From Gnetum montanum (Eukaryota; Plantae; Gnetophyta), in assembly GCA_015680685.1 (NCBI GenBank), contig MNCI01000001.1, forward strand, positions 440,524 to 504,523: a DNA stretch of 64,000 nucleotides, in the 5' to 3' direction. The number at the start of each line of letters is the position of its first letter. The first letter of the stretch is position 1. Below the pieces are notes generated by a model. It ran no database searches and was not told the origin of the DNA. It saw nothing but the letters and a program-made list of their open reading frames with translations. This document shows, piece after piece, positions 25,151-38,240 of the stretch. The position numbers and the translations under genes were made by a program.

Positions 25151-26619
25151 AATTATGAATTTGTCACCTCTTGATTACTTGCACCTATTCCTTTCCACTG
25201 CTTGTATTGAAAAGATAATTTGAACACTATGGTTTTAATCCTGCTTGCATAGATCTTGTGCAATAATTATTATTCAAGTTAAGAGGAAATTCAAATTAGT
25301 ATGGTCATGAGGGTTGGTGAATTGTATCTTAGGCCTTTATTTAATTAGTAGGAAAAGAACTAGTTACAGTTATCATTATTAAAACTATCTATACACATAC
25401 TTCTTGGCTTCTTGCTGACTTTGACTAACTTATCTAGTATGCAGTCATCAGGATTTTTCGTTAAAATCGGTTGCGTTTCGTTGCCTTTGGCTGCCGTTGT
25501 GTATGTCTTCATCTTTTGGTATTCTCACTTTTTAAAGCATCTTTATTTCCCATTTTATCACATCTTGAAATAGAATTCCATTATCCAATGGTACAAGAAT
25601 TGACAGATTGGCCTTCTGCAAGTAATCATATTTCTTCAACATCTGCTAAGTGTTGCATCATATCAGACGTCTTAATCCATATCTTCTATCCTGGTATCTT
25701 GTAGCTTCTTCTCTCAATCATTTTGAGACCTATTATAGATGTCCTACATAAAATGTTGCACCATTGATTAATAAAGATGATTTTGTCTTATAGCTCATTG
25801 ATGTCGTGAATTACCTGTGCACGTTCACCGTCGTTGAGAGTAGCATCAACTGCATTCATTCTATTAAAACGACAGGATCATGCTTGAAGATATTAATTAA
25901 TCTGTTGGCAAATTCTTTATGCTCCTTTTAGAAGGCTTCTTTAGCGTTCTTACACATGGCACAATAGTCTTTCTGAAAGCTTCCTGCATGGGCGCACATG
26001 GCAGTCATGCAGATTTTAGCTATGCTTCACAAGTTTTGAAATCCCAAGTGTAGAAGCATAGGAATCGTGATTTATAAAATTTTAAATCCTGACGTATCGT
26101 TGCAAAACTTTTTTCAGAAATTGCAACAGAATCGTAGTAACGAAAACTATAATTATAAATTTCTTTCTTAAAGTTTTCAGCAATGGAACACATCGTAGCC
26201 AACTGAAAATTTTATATTTTAGTAGCATGTGTTTCTTTTAATTTCTTAATTTTCTCCAAGTTGAACTCTTGCTTCAGTTTTTAAGACATCGATTGTAATA
26301 GTGGTCGCTGTTGCAGAGAACTGGGCCCTTTAAATCGTTTAACTGTTGTATTTTGTGTTTTGCCCGGATCTTTTGTTAAATATTAGTTTTATTGAATATC
26401 TTGAAAAAACTGGAATATTTAAAAGAAAATGGATGTTAAATATTGGTAATTGTTAAAGTTCTTTATGATGACTTTGGAAAAATCTAAAAGAGTTTTGAAG
26501 GGTTAGGTTCTTCTTTTGAAAGCTTTAATTCTAGTAGGAAATGCTAAGTTATAAATTTCTAGTTAAACTATATATCAGGGGTCTCAATATATTACCATTA
26601 TTTTGGGTTCCTACAACCC

Positions 26620-27205
26620 ATAAAACATATTTAAAGATAATCCAAGAAAAGATAGAGACCTTGTGAGATATAATCAAGTAAATTTCAAAATAGTTTGCTT
26701 ATTATGCAAGCATCCACATGTATTTATTGTAATAAATATTAATGGAATTACATTGCTTTTGGGTTTAGCAAGGCCTTGGGAGTCACTTTCTTTTCTATTT
26801 TTTTTTTATCACAATGTCTTTTGATGTATGGTTAATATTTTACCTAAGTTGAAATGTAGTAAAACTTGGACATTAGAAAAAACAAGAATGTCTATAAATA
26901 ATGGATGATAAATACTTGTAGTTGTTAAAGCTCTTAAAGATGAGTTTGAAAAGATTGAAAAGAATTTAAAGAATTTTGTATGTTAAAAACATTTCTAAAG
27001 ATAATCCAAAAAAAGATGTATAAACCATGGCATATTATTAAGGAAATTTTAAAATAGCTTGCTTATTATGCAAGTATCCACATGTATTTATTTGATGAAG
27101 ATTAATAGAATTGTATTACCTTATCCTTTGCCATGGTTTGGGAAGGGCTTGGAAGTCACGTTTTTTTATGTTCTCTTTTATCATAATAGCTTTTTATATG
27201 TGGTT
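26620..27205. repeat. Diverged ~215-bp direct repeat (26620-26835 / 26985-27205)
   Basis: taaagataatccaa..aaaatag.ttgcttattatgcaag.atccacatgtatttatt..gtcac occurs in both copies. Confidence 0.8.
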
Positions 27206-27376
27206 NAAATTTATACATAATATTTTTTAAACATTTTGATCATTAGAACCTTATACATCATTAAGTATAGCATGTCTTAAAGTAATTATATGAATTGTTT
27301 CATCTTCAAGATTAATCCCAATGATAATGTTAATTAGTCACTGTCCTTACATATTTTTTATGTTTAATGTTTGCAG

Positions 27377-27441
27377 GAAAGTCAACAAGTAAAGTTATCA
27401 AAACTTCATGCAAAACTCATGGTTTTAGAAAAATCAATAAG
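27377..27441 (+). CDS. MIKC-type MADS-box gene, first K-box exon (K1 helix)
   Basis: Acceptor tttgcag| and donor AAG|gtaaca. 65 nt, phase 0 to 2, encoding ESQQVKLSKLHAKLMVLEKSI(R). Matches the K1 pattern (KL+AK+..LEKS.R) in length, phase and split Arg codon, and is in frame with 19675-19738. Confidence 0.8.
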
Positions 27442-28299
27442 GTAACAATTATTTTGATTATAATATATCTTATTTTAAAATGATCAATTTTTCAAAAAAA
27501 AAAAATTAATTTTATAAGTCACAATTAGACTACTTATATTAATTCAAAAGTAAAATCAAAGAATGTACAAATAATCCATAAGAAAATAATCTAGAAAAAT
27601 GAATCAAGTAGTTTTAACATGATTTTTACTTTCTCTTTGGAAAATTCTATGTAATCACACTTTTCAACTTAGAATAATCTACCATAATAAAAGAAAAAAA
27701 ATACTAATACAAACTATAACAATATGCCCAAAGAAGATCTTGATACTTATTAAATATGTGTAGGCTAAAACAAGTTACAACTATATTAATGACAATCCAA
27801 ATCTACAAGACATTAAGAGAGAGTTAACCATATGCAATAACAGAGGCAAAAACCATACAAACTATAAGGTAGAAGCATCTAAAAAAATTCAATAAGTCAA
27901 ACCATATAAGTTAGTATAACATATTATCATGGAACTAAGAGGGAGAATCCAACGACATAGAAGTTGGATTGACTAGGTCATTTTTTAAGTAATAGCTGTA
28001 ATATTACTTATTTATGTTATAGGTATATATATGTATGCTTGAATCTAGAAATGAATCTTTCTTGATCATTGGCTATAATAATGTTAGAAAATAATCATTA
28101 GCATGAAGCAATCAATACTAGTCCCACAACCAAATATTAGTTCTAAGTATCGAGGACAAATGAGGTGGAAGTTTGAAGTAAGAGACTATTTCTACCTTTA
28201 CATATTGTCTCTTCTCTATTGAGTGCTTAGTATCTAAGGTGTTAACAAGTAGACTTTTTCATCTAGAATTATAAAAGATTATTAAGTTTGTAAGTATGG

Positions 28300-29900
28300 T
28301 TCATGAACTAGTTGGAGTGATGAGCGTAGTAGGGATAAAAGCCTTATACATTATACATCTTTATAATAGTTTTTTCCTTAAGATATTAGAATATATTTGT
28401 AAGAATATGTATAATTATTATTTTTAATAAATATTTACTATATATTTATGATGATTTAGAAAAGATAAGTATCATTAAGTCAAGAAAAAGAAGAATATTT
28501 ATGTTATGAATAAGAAAGTAAGAAAGTATGAAATAATAGATAAACCATGCATAAGCATAAGAAAATTAATGAAGTGATAACATGAGGAAATTATAAGATT
28601 GAAGAAATATATTATATAAAAAAGAGAAAGGTAGTAATATGAAATAGTGGAGAAACCTATAAATTACCTCATGAGATTCAAACATTCCATGAGAAATACA
28701 AAGTAAAGTTAGAAGATACCAATGCAAGTTTGTAAAGTATTGGTAAAGATTTCATAAAGTTTAAAACATGATTACAAGTATAAACTTAAAAACCTATGAT
28801 ACCATAGATTCCTACTGTCTAAATGGAGCACAAAGCACTTGAACATGATAGTGAAGAAAGTAATTACTATCAATCATTTAGCATTCAAAAATGAAAAATG
28901 AATTTATGAAGGTAAAGCATAGATAGATAAAGTACAAGTTCTATATCATAAACATGAAAAGTTCAACAAAGATAAAAGTATATACGTAAGAACCTATTAA
29001 CTTGATGAGATTTTGCATAAGGAGGTTAATCTAAGAAAATGAAATGGATACCTAGCTTACGTTAGATTAACCAAAGGCAAATTTAAGCTATATAGTAGAA
29101 TAGTCAAGTGCGTACAACAAAATCAAGAAACATTCTCACTTAGTATACTTTTGTAACACATTAAGAAAATATTGTTATATCAAGATATGTAGAAAATCAA
29201 AATTTTAAATTAAGCATAGTAAACATGGATAATAGTTGAAGATTATTATAAAAATATATGATAAACCTAAAATTGGTTATCATCTACATTATAATCATAT
29301 ATTGATGATTAGTTAGTTATAAAATATTGAATCCACTTAGATATCCTAGTGAAAATATAAAAGTTTATAAGTTAGAGAACATACATAACTAAGAATTTTT
29401 ATGGATAATAAATACTTATTAAATGCATAAGAATTAAAATTTTTTAATTTAAAGCTATCTAGGAGACATAGAAAAAACTCTAACATAGTATTGGAGTAAT
29501 GTTGAAGTCAAGTTAAAGCCATGCTCAAGGAGTATAATGATGAAAAGAAAATTGACTCTATTATTAAGGTTAAACTAAGAAGCTTATAAAAATGTTACAT
29601 ATAAGAATATATATGAATTTTAATATGAAAAAACTTGAGGGATGTGAAGCATCATCAAAGGAAATGATACTCAAATAGAAATCACAAGTTGTAAAGGCCA
29701 AAAGATATAATGATTCGAAATAAAGATCCTTTTTAAACAATAATGAAAATTTAGAAGGTGTAATTACTAGAAGATGCATTAGTTTGAAATGAATAACATG
29801 GAAAGACTTGATATTTATTATTTAATTATTATACATTAAATGGATTTACAAGGGATATGAAGGAGGTCAGTCTAGAATAAGTAATAAATTAACAACAATC
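28300..29900 (+). mobile_element. Highly decayed copia (SIRE-like) gag/protease remnant
   Basis: A-rich decayed coding strand with LDEILHKEVN (~29001) resembling the LDEIL..GLGY region of copia gag. Weak signal. Confidence 0.4.
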
Positions 29901-32900
29901 TGCACCAATTTTCTATTCATTAAGATACATACTAGAAAAGAAGTTTTAGTCATTGAATGTTGTTGAGGCTAGAAAATTTTATGTATTTGATATGATGTAT
30001 GGAATATTTTTATAATGGAAGAACAATTTAGAAAGATAAAAATTAAGTAATTGATGAATTACTTGGATGTTTTAGAAACTTGAAATATCAAAGGAGATTC
30101 CTTGATCTCTAGGATGTTGATATATGTTTACATGTAGTTCTTTGCAATGTTATTATTTTACTTAGTTGAAGTTATCATTAGGTAAATAAGTTGGGGGTTG
30201 ATTACCACTATGTTATTGTTGACTTCCATGTTCTTCCATTTAATCGTCCTTATCCAACCCAAGTATTATCATTAATGTCATCCTTATGCATTATGCATCA
30301 TTATGGAGGTATGTTCACTTTTAGTTTGGCATATATATGCTTTTAAAGGTGTTCATTCCTTCTTGAATAAATTAGATAGTGTAATCTTACAAGATTGTAT
30401 ACTACTTGTCCTATTCTATCTTGAAATGTTTGGACCTTGCTCAAGAAGACTTTGCCAATGGAATCCTTTTTGTTATTTAATGTATTTTCAAAGATTCAAA
30501 TTTTTATTTAGACTTTTATGATGTGATATGGTAATTACATATGCATCAATTTGTTTTATTGATGTTTTATGATCCAACCTAACTAGCCATAATAGCATGC
30601 ATCTCAAAGGGGATATATTATAATAGGATGTTACATCTCCTTTCCAAAGAACATAATAATTCATAACAAGCAAAGAAGTATAGGTCATACTCTTTTTTTT
30701 TCACTTTTTTCATAAGTTATTTTTCAAGTATATATTTTGGTGCATTTTTATTCTATTCCCTACAAATCATATGCATGAATTTCATTTGACATCCTCTAAG
30801 TGAACATGAATACTAGTAGAAGACATTTGATATAATTTTAGCTACAAAGGCCCATGGCTCTAGAGTTTTAGTATAAGAATAAAATTTTTTATTTTCTACA
30901 TAATATAAGTCTCTATTTAGAAATCAACAAACCATATGCCTTTGATCATCATGATGTATTCTAGTAGTAGGCTGGGAAGATCTAAGATGATCTTTAGCTA
31001 CACCATAATGATGATGTTTTTAATAATAAATACCTTTCCCAAATATTTGTTGAGAATTTATTAACTATACCTCTTTTCTTGGATCATTGATCATACCATC
31101 AATTTTTTGGCTTCTTTGCCAATGCCTAGTTCATGTTGATAGGCAAACTCACTATGATTAGTAGAGAAGCTTGCGTGTTAAACATTAATGTAAACTTACA
31201 TTACTTAGCCATTAACCATGGTAGTTATTGTGTACTAATGGAAGGTAGGAAAACATTATAATCTTTAAATATTATTATAATAAAATTTTTCCCATCCTTC
31301 ATTAGAAGAAGCTACATGTTATGATAATCAAATTTACAATAACCTCAAATTGATTTGGGTAAAACGATATTATTATATATTATGTAACGTTATATCATTG
31401 TCTAGCACACTAGCACTTATTCACTATTCTTAGTGATATTGTTGAGTGCGTGTGACTCATTAACAATATCTTCTAGATGATAAAAAAAATGAAAAATGTA
31501 AGGCCATAGAGTTATCTTGTTAGTACTGGTTTAAGTTTTTAATCATTTTCTAATAGGTTAGAAAAGTTGTGAGAAATAGTATAAATGTATAGTTTCCTAA
31601 CTACATGAATGTTTTATTTATGGTGAGTAGAGTAGGATTAGATAGTATTAGATTTGATGTTATAAAAGCTTGATTCTTCATCAAGGATAGTCCCTAGATG
31701 ATATTTCTAAAATTTACATTTTTGAGAAAAAATTTTTTGATCACAAATCAAGGTTGATTCATGGTGGCCTAATCATAGGTTATCATGGCCTCATGGTACT
31801 TGATCATGGGTTATTATTAGGTCATGATTAATGTTACTATTTAAATGAATTAATCATTAGTGATAGCTTCCTTGTGCTTTGCCTCACTGCAAGTCATGAT
31901 GAGATTGTGGTGCCTAACAATGGATTGTGGTCAAGGCATAGTAGCCTTTGAAACAATTGATGAGTTACCTTCTACATATGTGTTGATTTCAAGTAGACCA
32001 TGAACCATGGAAAGCCCATGGTTTGGAATATCATGGTCCATTGTTTGATCATGTTGGCTAAGAAACTCTCAAAATAAAAGTCATTTATTTCTAGATATTC
32101 CATGAATTTACCATCAGTCCTATTAATGCTTTGGGCTAACCACATGTTGTAGTTAGATCATGGTTTTGTCACAAAAGATACTCAAGAGAAAAAACATGAA
32201 ATCTAAAGTCATTATAGCCCAATTTAGGGCATGTAAAGCTTAGAAATAATTTCTAATACCTTTTTATTCATTAGCATGGGATAAAATTATGATTTAAACA
32301 TGATTAATAGGCATATAACTTGAATTTTGAGGGGCAAATAGAATTCAACATGAATGGGTAGCTTAGCTTAAATTTTGGACAATAAATTAGCCACATAAAT
32401 GTACAAAAAGTGCTAAAAATATATATCATAACATGAAAGGATTCTCTTGAACTCTCTTAAAGATCACTTTCATAGAGTTTAACATCAAAATTTACATGCC
32501 CTTTGACTCATGAATGAGAGATTTGAATAAACATGAAAATGTCCATGCTTAGACAAAAATTATAAACTAAAATAAGGATAAATTTATGAGCATGATGACA
32601 TCAATTAAGAAGAGGCTTGAATCTCTTGAAACCTTCCATTATACATGATAATTAAAGAATTAAAATAGAGGCATTGAGATGGCCTCTTCTCTTCAACTAA
32701 AATTTATCTCTTAATGATGCTGAAAATATCCATAAAGAGACCATATAAACTTTAAGATGTTAAAATTTCTGCTGATACATCATGTGGAGGAATAACCATA
32801 AATAATATTAAAATTAAATATATTTCAATTCAATATATATGAACATGAATTTCTACAAACATTAAAAATTACAACATTCATATTAAAGCTTCAACTAAAA

Positions 32901-35023
32901 AACATGTGCATGAAACATAAATNAACATTTATTTGGCTTTCTAGCCTTCTCTTGGTACATAACTTAAAAACATAAAAGGACAAACATCTAAATGATAATG
33001 AAGGGATGGAATGATAACAAAAAAAAAGGTTTGATGTTTTCCAAAATCATTATATTTGGTAGTATTTACATTCATGTTTGAAGACTTGGTTTAATGTATT
33101 AGGTATTATAAGTATCTTTTTTGTTTGAAGAAAAGAATCAAGAAAATGTTAGGTTAAGAGAAAATATTCAAAAAAGCAAAGAATAAGATAAAATCCTTCA
33201 TGTTGAACCTATGAAAAAATGAGGCAAGTTCCTCCACAAATAAGGATAAGTAGAAGTATACCCCTCCCATTCTAACTTGCCAAGCTTCTTGAGACATTGA
33301 ATAAAATATTATTTTCCTACTTTTATTTCTCTTACATTGAGTATGTGAGTTGGGTGTTTAGCTTGAATCTCTCTTAGCTTTAATCATTCTTTTTCCTTCT
33401 CTCATTCTTTCATGATGCTTTTTATAGCTTGATGTATGAATCCCTCTTTCATGAATTCTTCTCTCAATTTCCTTCAAGCCACAATTACATGAACTCTCTT
33501 AATTTTTTGCATTCTTCTAAGTTTCTTACATAGTTCTTTCATTTTTTAAGTTCTCTTAAATTCTAAACCCAATTACATGTTTTAGCATATTTCACTTCAT
33601 GAATTGAAGTAGTACGAAGTTGATTTATGTTTAGATTTAAAGGATTTACTTCCATGCTTCTAATTCAAGCCATTTCCCTTTGATTTACATGTTCATGTTC
33701 ATGTTAAAGAAAGGTTTCAACACCCATCATCTTAATTTCATGTTGTAAGCTTATATTTATTGATGCCTGAGTTTTGTCCAAGTGCTAAATATTGAGAATA
33801 TGTTTTCTAATGTTTTAATCTTAGATTCATGATGTTTTTTATGTCAATAGAAAAGGTTAAAAGTATTTTGCATGAATTCCAAGTTTCGTATGCATGTTAT
33901 ATAAATTTAAGAGAATTGTTAAAGATTTTATGTTTTCTTTTTACTAGTTACATCCATTGACATGTCTAGATGCCTAGCATGATGTTTTGAGTTATACTTG
34001 CAAGCCTAGAGTTGTTTTCAAAAATTAACTTTCATCTAAATTATTCATAGTAACTATTTTTCTATTTTTTGTAGTAACACCTCACTACAACTCAGGTTGA
34101 GTATTTTCTGAAATTTGTATAGATCAAAACTTATGATTAACTCAATCATGATTATCCAATGATTGAGAAGTCTAAAGTACAAGGGATTTAAAATGGCCAT
34201 CACAACTTGACCATGATGCATTATCAACTTTTGATATACTAAACTTATTTTTCACTATTATTATAGGACCACAACCCATGATCTATTTTCCATGAGAAAA
34301 CCATAACTCTTGGTGAAATAACATGATTTGATCATGGCTCATAATATCAAGAAAAATCCATCACATTTACCTTTACTACTCATGTTTGATTTAGAAGTAG
34401 ATAGTAGAGATCTTATACCACTATGCAAGCCTAATAATTGGCATCAAATTAGAGGAGTTTTAAAAGTGAAAAAAATATGGTCACAAAAGATATTCTAAGA
34501 TATAGTATGATCTTCAATGACTTCTAAGATTTTTTCTATTGGTCTCATCTTGTAGAGTTTCTCTTACAAGGTAATGAAGTACGGTCATATGTTAACAGTG
34601 GTGTAATTCCTTAACATATGAATGCCCAAACCAAAAAATAGAAGGAAATTATCTTAATATATGGAGTAATATGCTCTTACTAAAATGATCATTTATGATA
34701 GGTATAGTGAGGTCATTAGTGCTAACATTGTAATTAAGAATACATCAAAAAAATATTGGAAAACTCTTCAAGAACGGTAAAATGATAATAAAGCTAATAG
34801 AAAGATAAAGGAGTTCAAAGAGAGGATTGAATGTGAGAACATAAGAGTCTTAAAGGATGAGCCACTAGGCCACTTTCTTGAGAGGCTTACATTATGTCAT
34901 AGGAACATAGAGAAGCATAATTGTAATTACTACATGAAGAAAAAGATAAAAAAGTAATGACCATGTTGTATGATGATTACAAACTCTTAAATATCATTGA
35001 GAACATAGTATATATATATATAT

Positions 35024-35940
35024 TGATGAGTGGCAAGGTACCCCTACACTCAACTATACGAAATGAGCATAGCACGCGCGACCCGGTTGAACTCTGCAGA
35101 CGGACTAGTTGTGGCACCTAGACAGTTATCCTTAGGTCACAGTTCACTGTCTTCCCACCTGGACTAGTATTTATATTTTCACGTATGGTTTAGTCCATAT
35201 GAGGTGTATGATGTGTTCCTAATTCTAATGCTACTCCTGAAGGTAGTGGAAAATAATATTTAACTAAGCTAAGCTAGAAGGAAAAGGGTAAGAAAGTCTA
35301 ATCTAACCTAAGTGTGACGAGCAACCGATTCCTTGATCAACCATACACATCTTGGACCTCGTGCACGACTACCACTGGGATTACCAAGCATAGATCCTAG
35401 GTACACCACTGGAATTACCAAGTGCAGATCCCAAATACACCACTGGGATTACCAAGCGTAGATCCTAGCTACGCCACTAGGATACCAAGCAGTCACACTT
35501 AAATGCTCGTAATCAAATCATACTCGTTCTGCATTCTAGGAGTTTAAGGGTGAGAGAGAAAGTAGTAAATAACATTAAATAAATAAATAAACAAATAAAT
35601 AACAAAGTGAATGCTGCAATGATGATGTAATCTCAATCTTTATTGCTGGTCATGTACGTGTCCAAGTACGTCACACTCGAATAGAGACACCGTACAATTA
35701 CATTCATCACACTACGGGTAGACACGGAAAAAATAATCTAACTCTGGAGGGATCAAACTACCAGAGCTTCACTACTTCTAACTCCTAATGCCTAAAACTA
35801 GGAAAGCTACTTCTTATTTATAGAAATTGCGGCACACTATGATATTGTGTACGTGATATCGTAGGGAAGACGTGATATCACGGCGGATGCGATATTGCGG
35901 CGGACGCGATATCACGGTCTATGTGAATCATGTCTCATCA
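35024..35940 (-). repeat. 3' LTR of element C (917 bp)
   Basis: TG..CA with 7-bp terminal inverted repeats. Contains a ~34-bp tandem repeat x4 (~35370-35490), TATAAATA (~35815-35822) and a GCGATATCGC-type array. Confidence 0.93.
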
Positions 35941-36111
35941 TACCCCCATGACTGAATAAAAACTCATCCTCAAGTTACAAGGAGAACAAGCTTCATTGAT
36001 TACACAGTGGATAGGTATGGGATTATTAACTGGAAAAACAAAAAATGAAATGATGCAGCAGTGTGGGAAGACACAACACAGAAAAAATACTACAACTACA
36101 AAAAATGGAAC

Positions 36112-37718
36112 TCATGTAGTTCCTGGTGGTGGTGGCTCCTCCATGGGTGCTTTTCCTTTGTCATGTACTCCAGGCTTTGAAGCTTGATTACATTGAAGTA
36201 TGGCCTAGAGCTTCTCCTCTTTAGTTTGAGGGTCTTGTGTCGTCCATGCTGATGTTCTGATGTTTGATGGAGTCGGCACTTCCCATGGACAGGGTAGTTG
36301 CGGGAACATCTAATTAGCTTTGACATACCATGCCACGAACACCCATCGTTCCTCTTCATAGGCTCTAGCTTTATCTTTGTATTCATGAAGGTCTACTAGC
36401 CATCAAGCCAAGTTGATTGCAACATTTTTCTGCCCCTGGTAGCTTTCTTTTACCACAGTAAGTTCAAAATTTGCGACATCTAGTTTCTCAACTAGCTTCT
36501 TGCACTCTACAAATTCTGCTTCATATTTGATGTGTGTGGAAGCTACCTGATGCTCGAGCTCTGACCTCGGGCACCTTGCTGTTAACATGGCAAGGTTGGC
36601 ATACCTGAGATTTGTCAACTCCATGTACTCTGTTAAGTCTTGGGTCTGCAGGTCCTGGTTTTTAACTTCCGCTTGGTGGAAGAAGACGTAAGTGTCCAAT
36701 ATGGCCCTCCAATCAGTGTGCTGAGCACTGATGTTGTTGATTTGAGCCTTGGCCATATGGATCTCCTTCTCCAAGATTTTCTTGTACATTTCCACCTGAT
36801 CACGGAAGTGCTCCTTCAGCTTGTCATGTCGTTTAGCCTCATTCTACCATGCGCTTATCTCGATGGATGATTTTTGGCGAATAGTACATACCTCCTCCAT
36901 TAAGAGGGTTCAATTCTCTCTGGCTAAATGACTGACATCTCGATTGACCCGAATGAATTGTTCTCATAACTAATGAAAGTGTTCATCGAGAAAATTCTTT
37001 TGTTTCTCCACAGAAGTCAACCAAAGGTTATCTGCAACCAACTGTTTGTTCTCTTCTTCTAAGGCTTTGAGTGCCTTAAGATGCACATGAGTTTGCACTT
37101 GTGCTGTGAAGGCATCCCAAGTGGCTGTCTCCTCTACCAAAAGATTTATCTCTGCCATAAGCCTTCTCTACCCAATCCTTTCACACATCAAGGTCTGATC
37201 GATAGATAACCGAGCAACATGGGGGCCTGAATTCGAAAGGTTTAACACTTTTGAAATCACCTGCGTAGAAAGTCTACTGTCACACCACAAATGTTAACTA
37301 TGGTGCCTTGCTCCCTATTGTGCCAGAACTGGTACATTTCACCTAAGTACCAGGCACCGCTTTCAGAGAGGATAGGCCACAAGGGAGATCCCTTGAGATG
37401 ATCCCTAACAGCCTCAGGAGAAAACTCTACAAAATATTAGAATTTTAGCTCCACAATCACAGCAGCAAATGTGGACTTCTCATGGATAGCCTGAACACCC
37501 TCTGGGGACAACATGAGTTTTTGTCCTAGTTTAGGCGCAGCAGCAGCTCCTTTTTCTGCCTGCCCAGACTATCTGGTAGGAGGTTCTTCTTGATGGATGC
37601 TGAATGATTGCACCTCCTATTCTACATGTTATCCGACAGGGACCTATCTTTCGCCTCTCCAAGGTTGTTTCGCTCCAACTTGAACAAGACCCTCTTGTTG
37701 TGCACATTTTGGGGCCAT
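36112..37718 (-). pseudogene. Extra (env-position) ORF of element C, ~535 codons, coiled-coil-like, disrupted
   Basis: Starts MAPKCAQQEGLVQ at 37718, includes ORF-track pieces 36970-37158 and 36403-36795, and ends DKGKAPMEEPPPPGTT* at 36112. Contains internal stops and at least one frameshift. Confidence 0.7.
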
Positions 37719-38185
37719 CTGCAATCACACGGGTCAAACATTAGTAAGGCTTTTTTCAAAGTCAGGTTATACCTTACTATATGCCTTTAATTAAAGATCT
37801 TATGTTATCATGTGATCGTGCCTAAAAATTATAATAATGGGTCCTATGACTTAGGTGGATTTCATTTTAATCTCCCAGTGTACCTAAGGTCATATGATTT
37901 TTGGCACAATTTTTCTAAGTGTTAGTGTTAATTACCCTAATTGATGTCCTTTGGCCGATGATAAATTTCAAAAAATTTGGGCACTTTTTAGCAAGTTTCT
38001 CTCCCCCACGACTGAACTGAACTCTCTAGGTTTAAGTAGGTTTAAACGGAATTAAAATCAGAGAACCAGTGAGCGAGATATGAGTGAAAAAGTAGGGGTC
38101 ACGCAATCGCAAGTCACAGTGAAAAATTTCAAAAATTCCCCCCACGTAAATGGAAAAATGATGCTAAGTGTTGCGGTGGGGGTAT

Positions 38186-38240
38186 CCTATTTATAGGGAA
38201 ATAGGACGTGATATCGCGTACGGTACATCGCGTCCCCAGT
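38186..38240 (-). promoter_or_regulatory. Putative internal promoter for the extra ORF
   Basis: CCTATAAATAGG (38186-38197) is preceded on the minus strand by GCGATATCAC/GCGATGTAC motifs, the same arrangement as in the LTR. Confidence 0.55.

Noticed and set aside
27720-27825. NMPKEDLDT resembling the MADS K2 exon (GEDL)
   Set aside because: No acceptor AG, in-frame stops, and motif spacing does not fit the ~100-nt exon.
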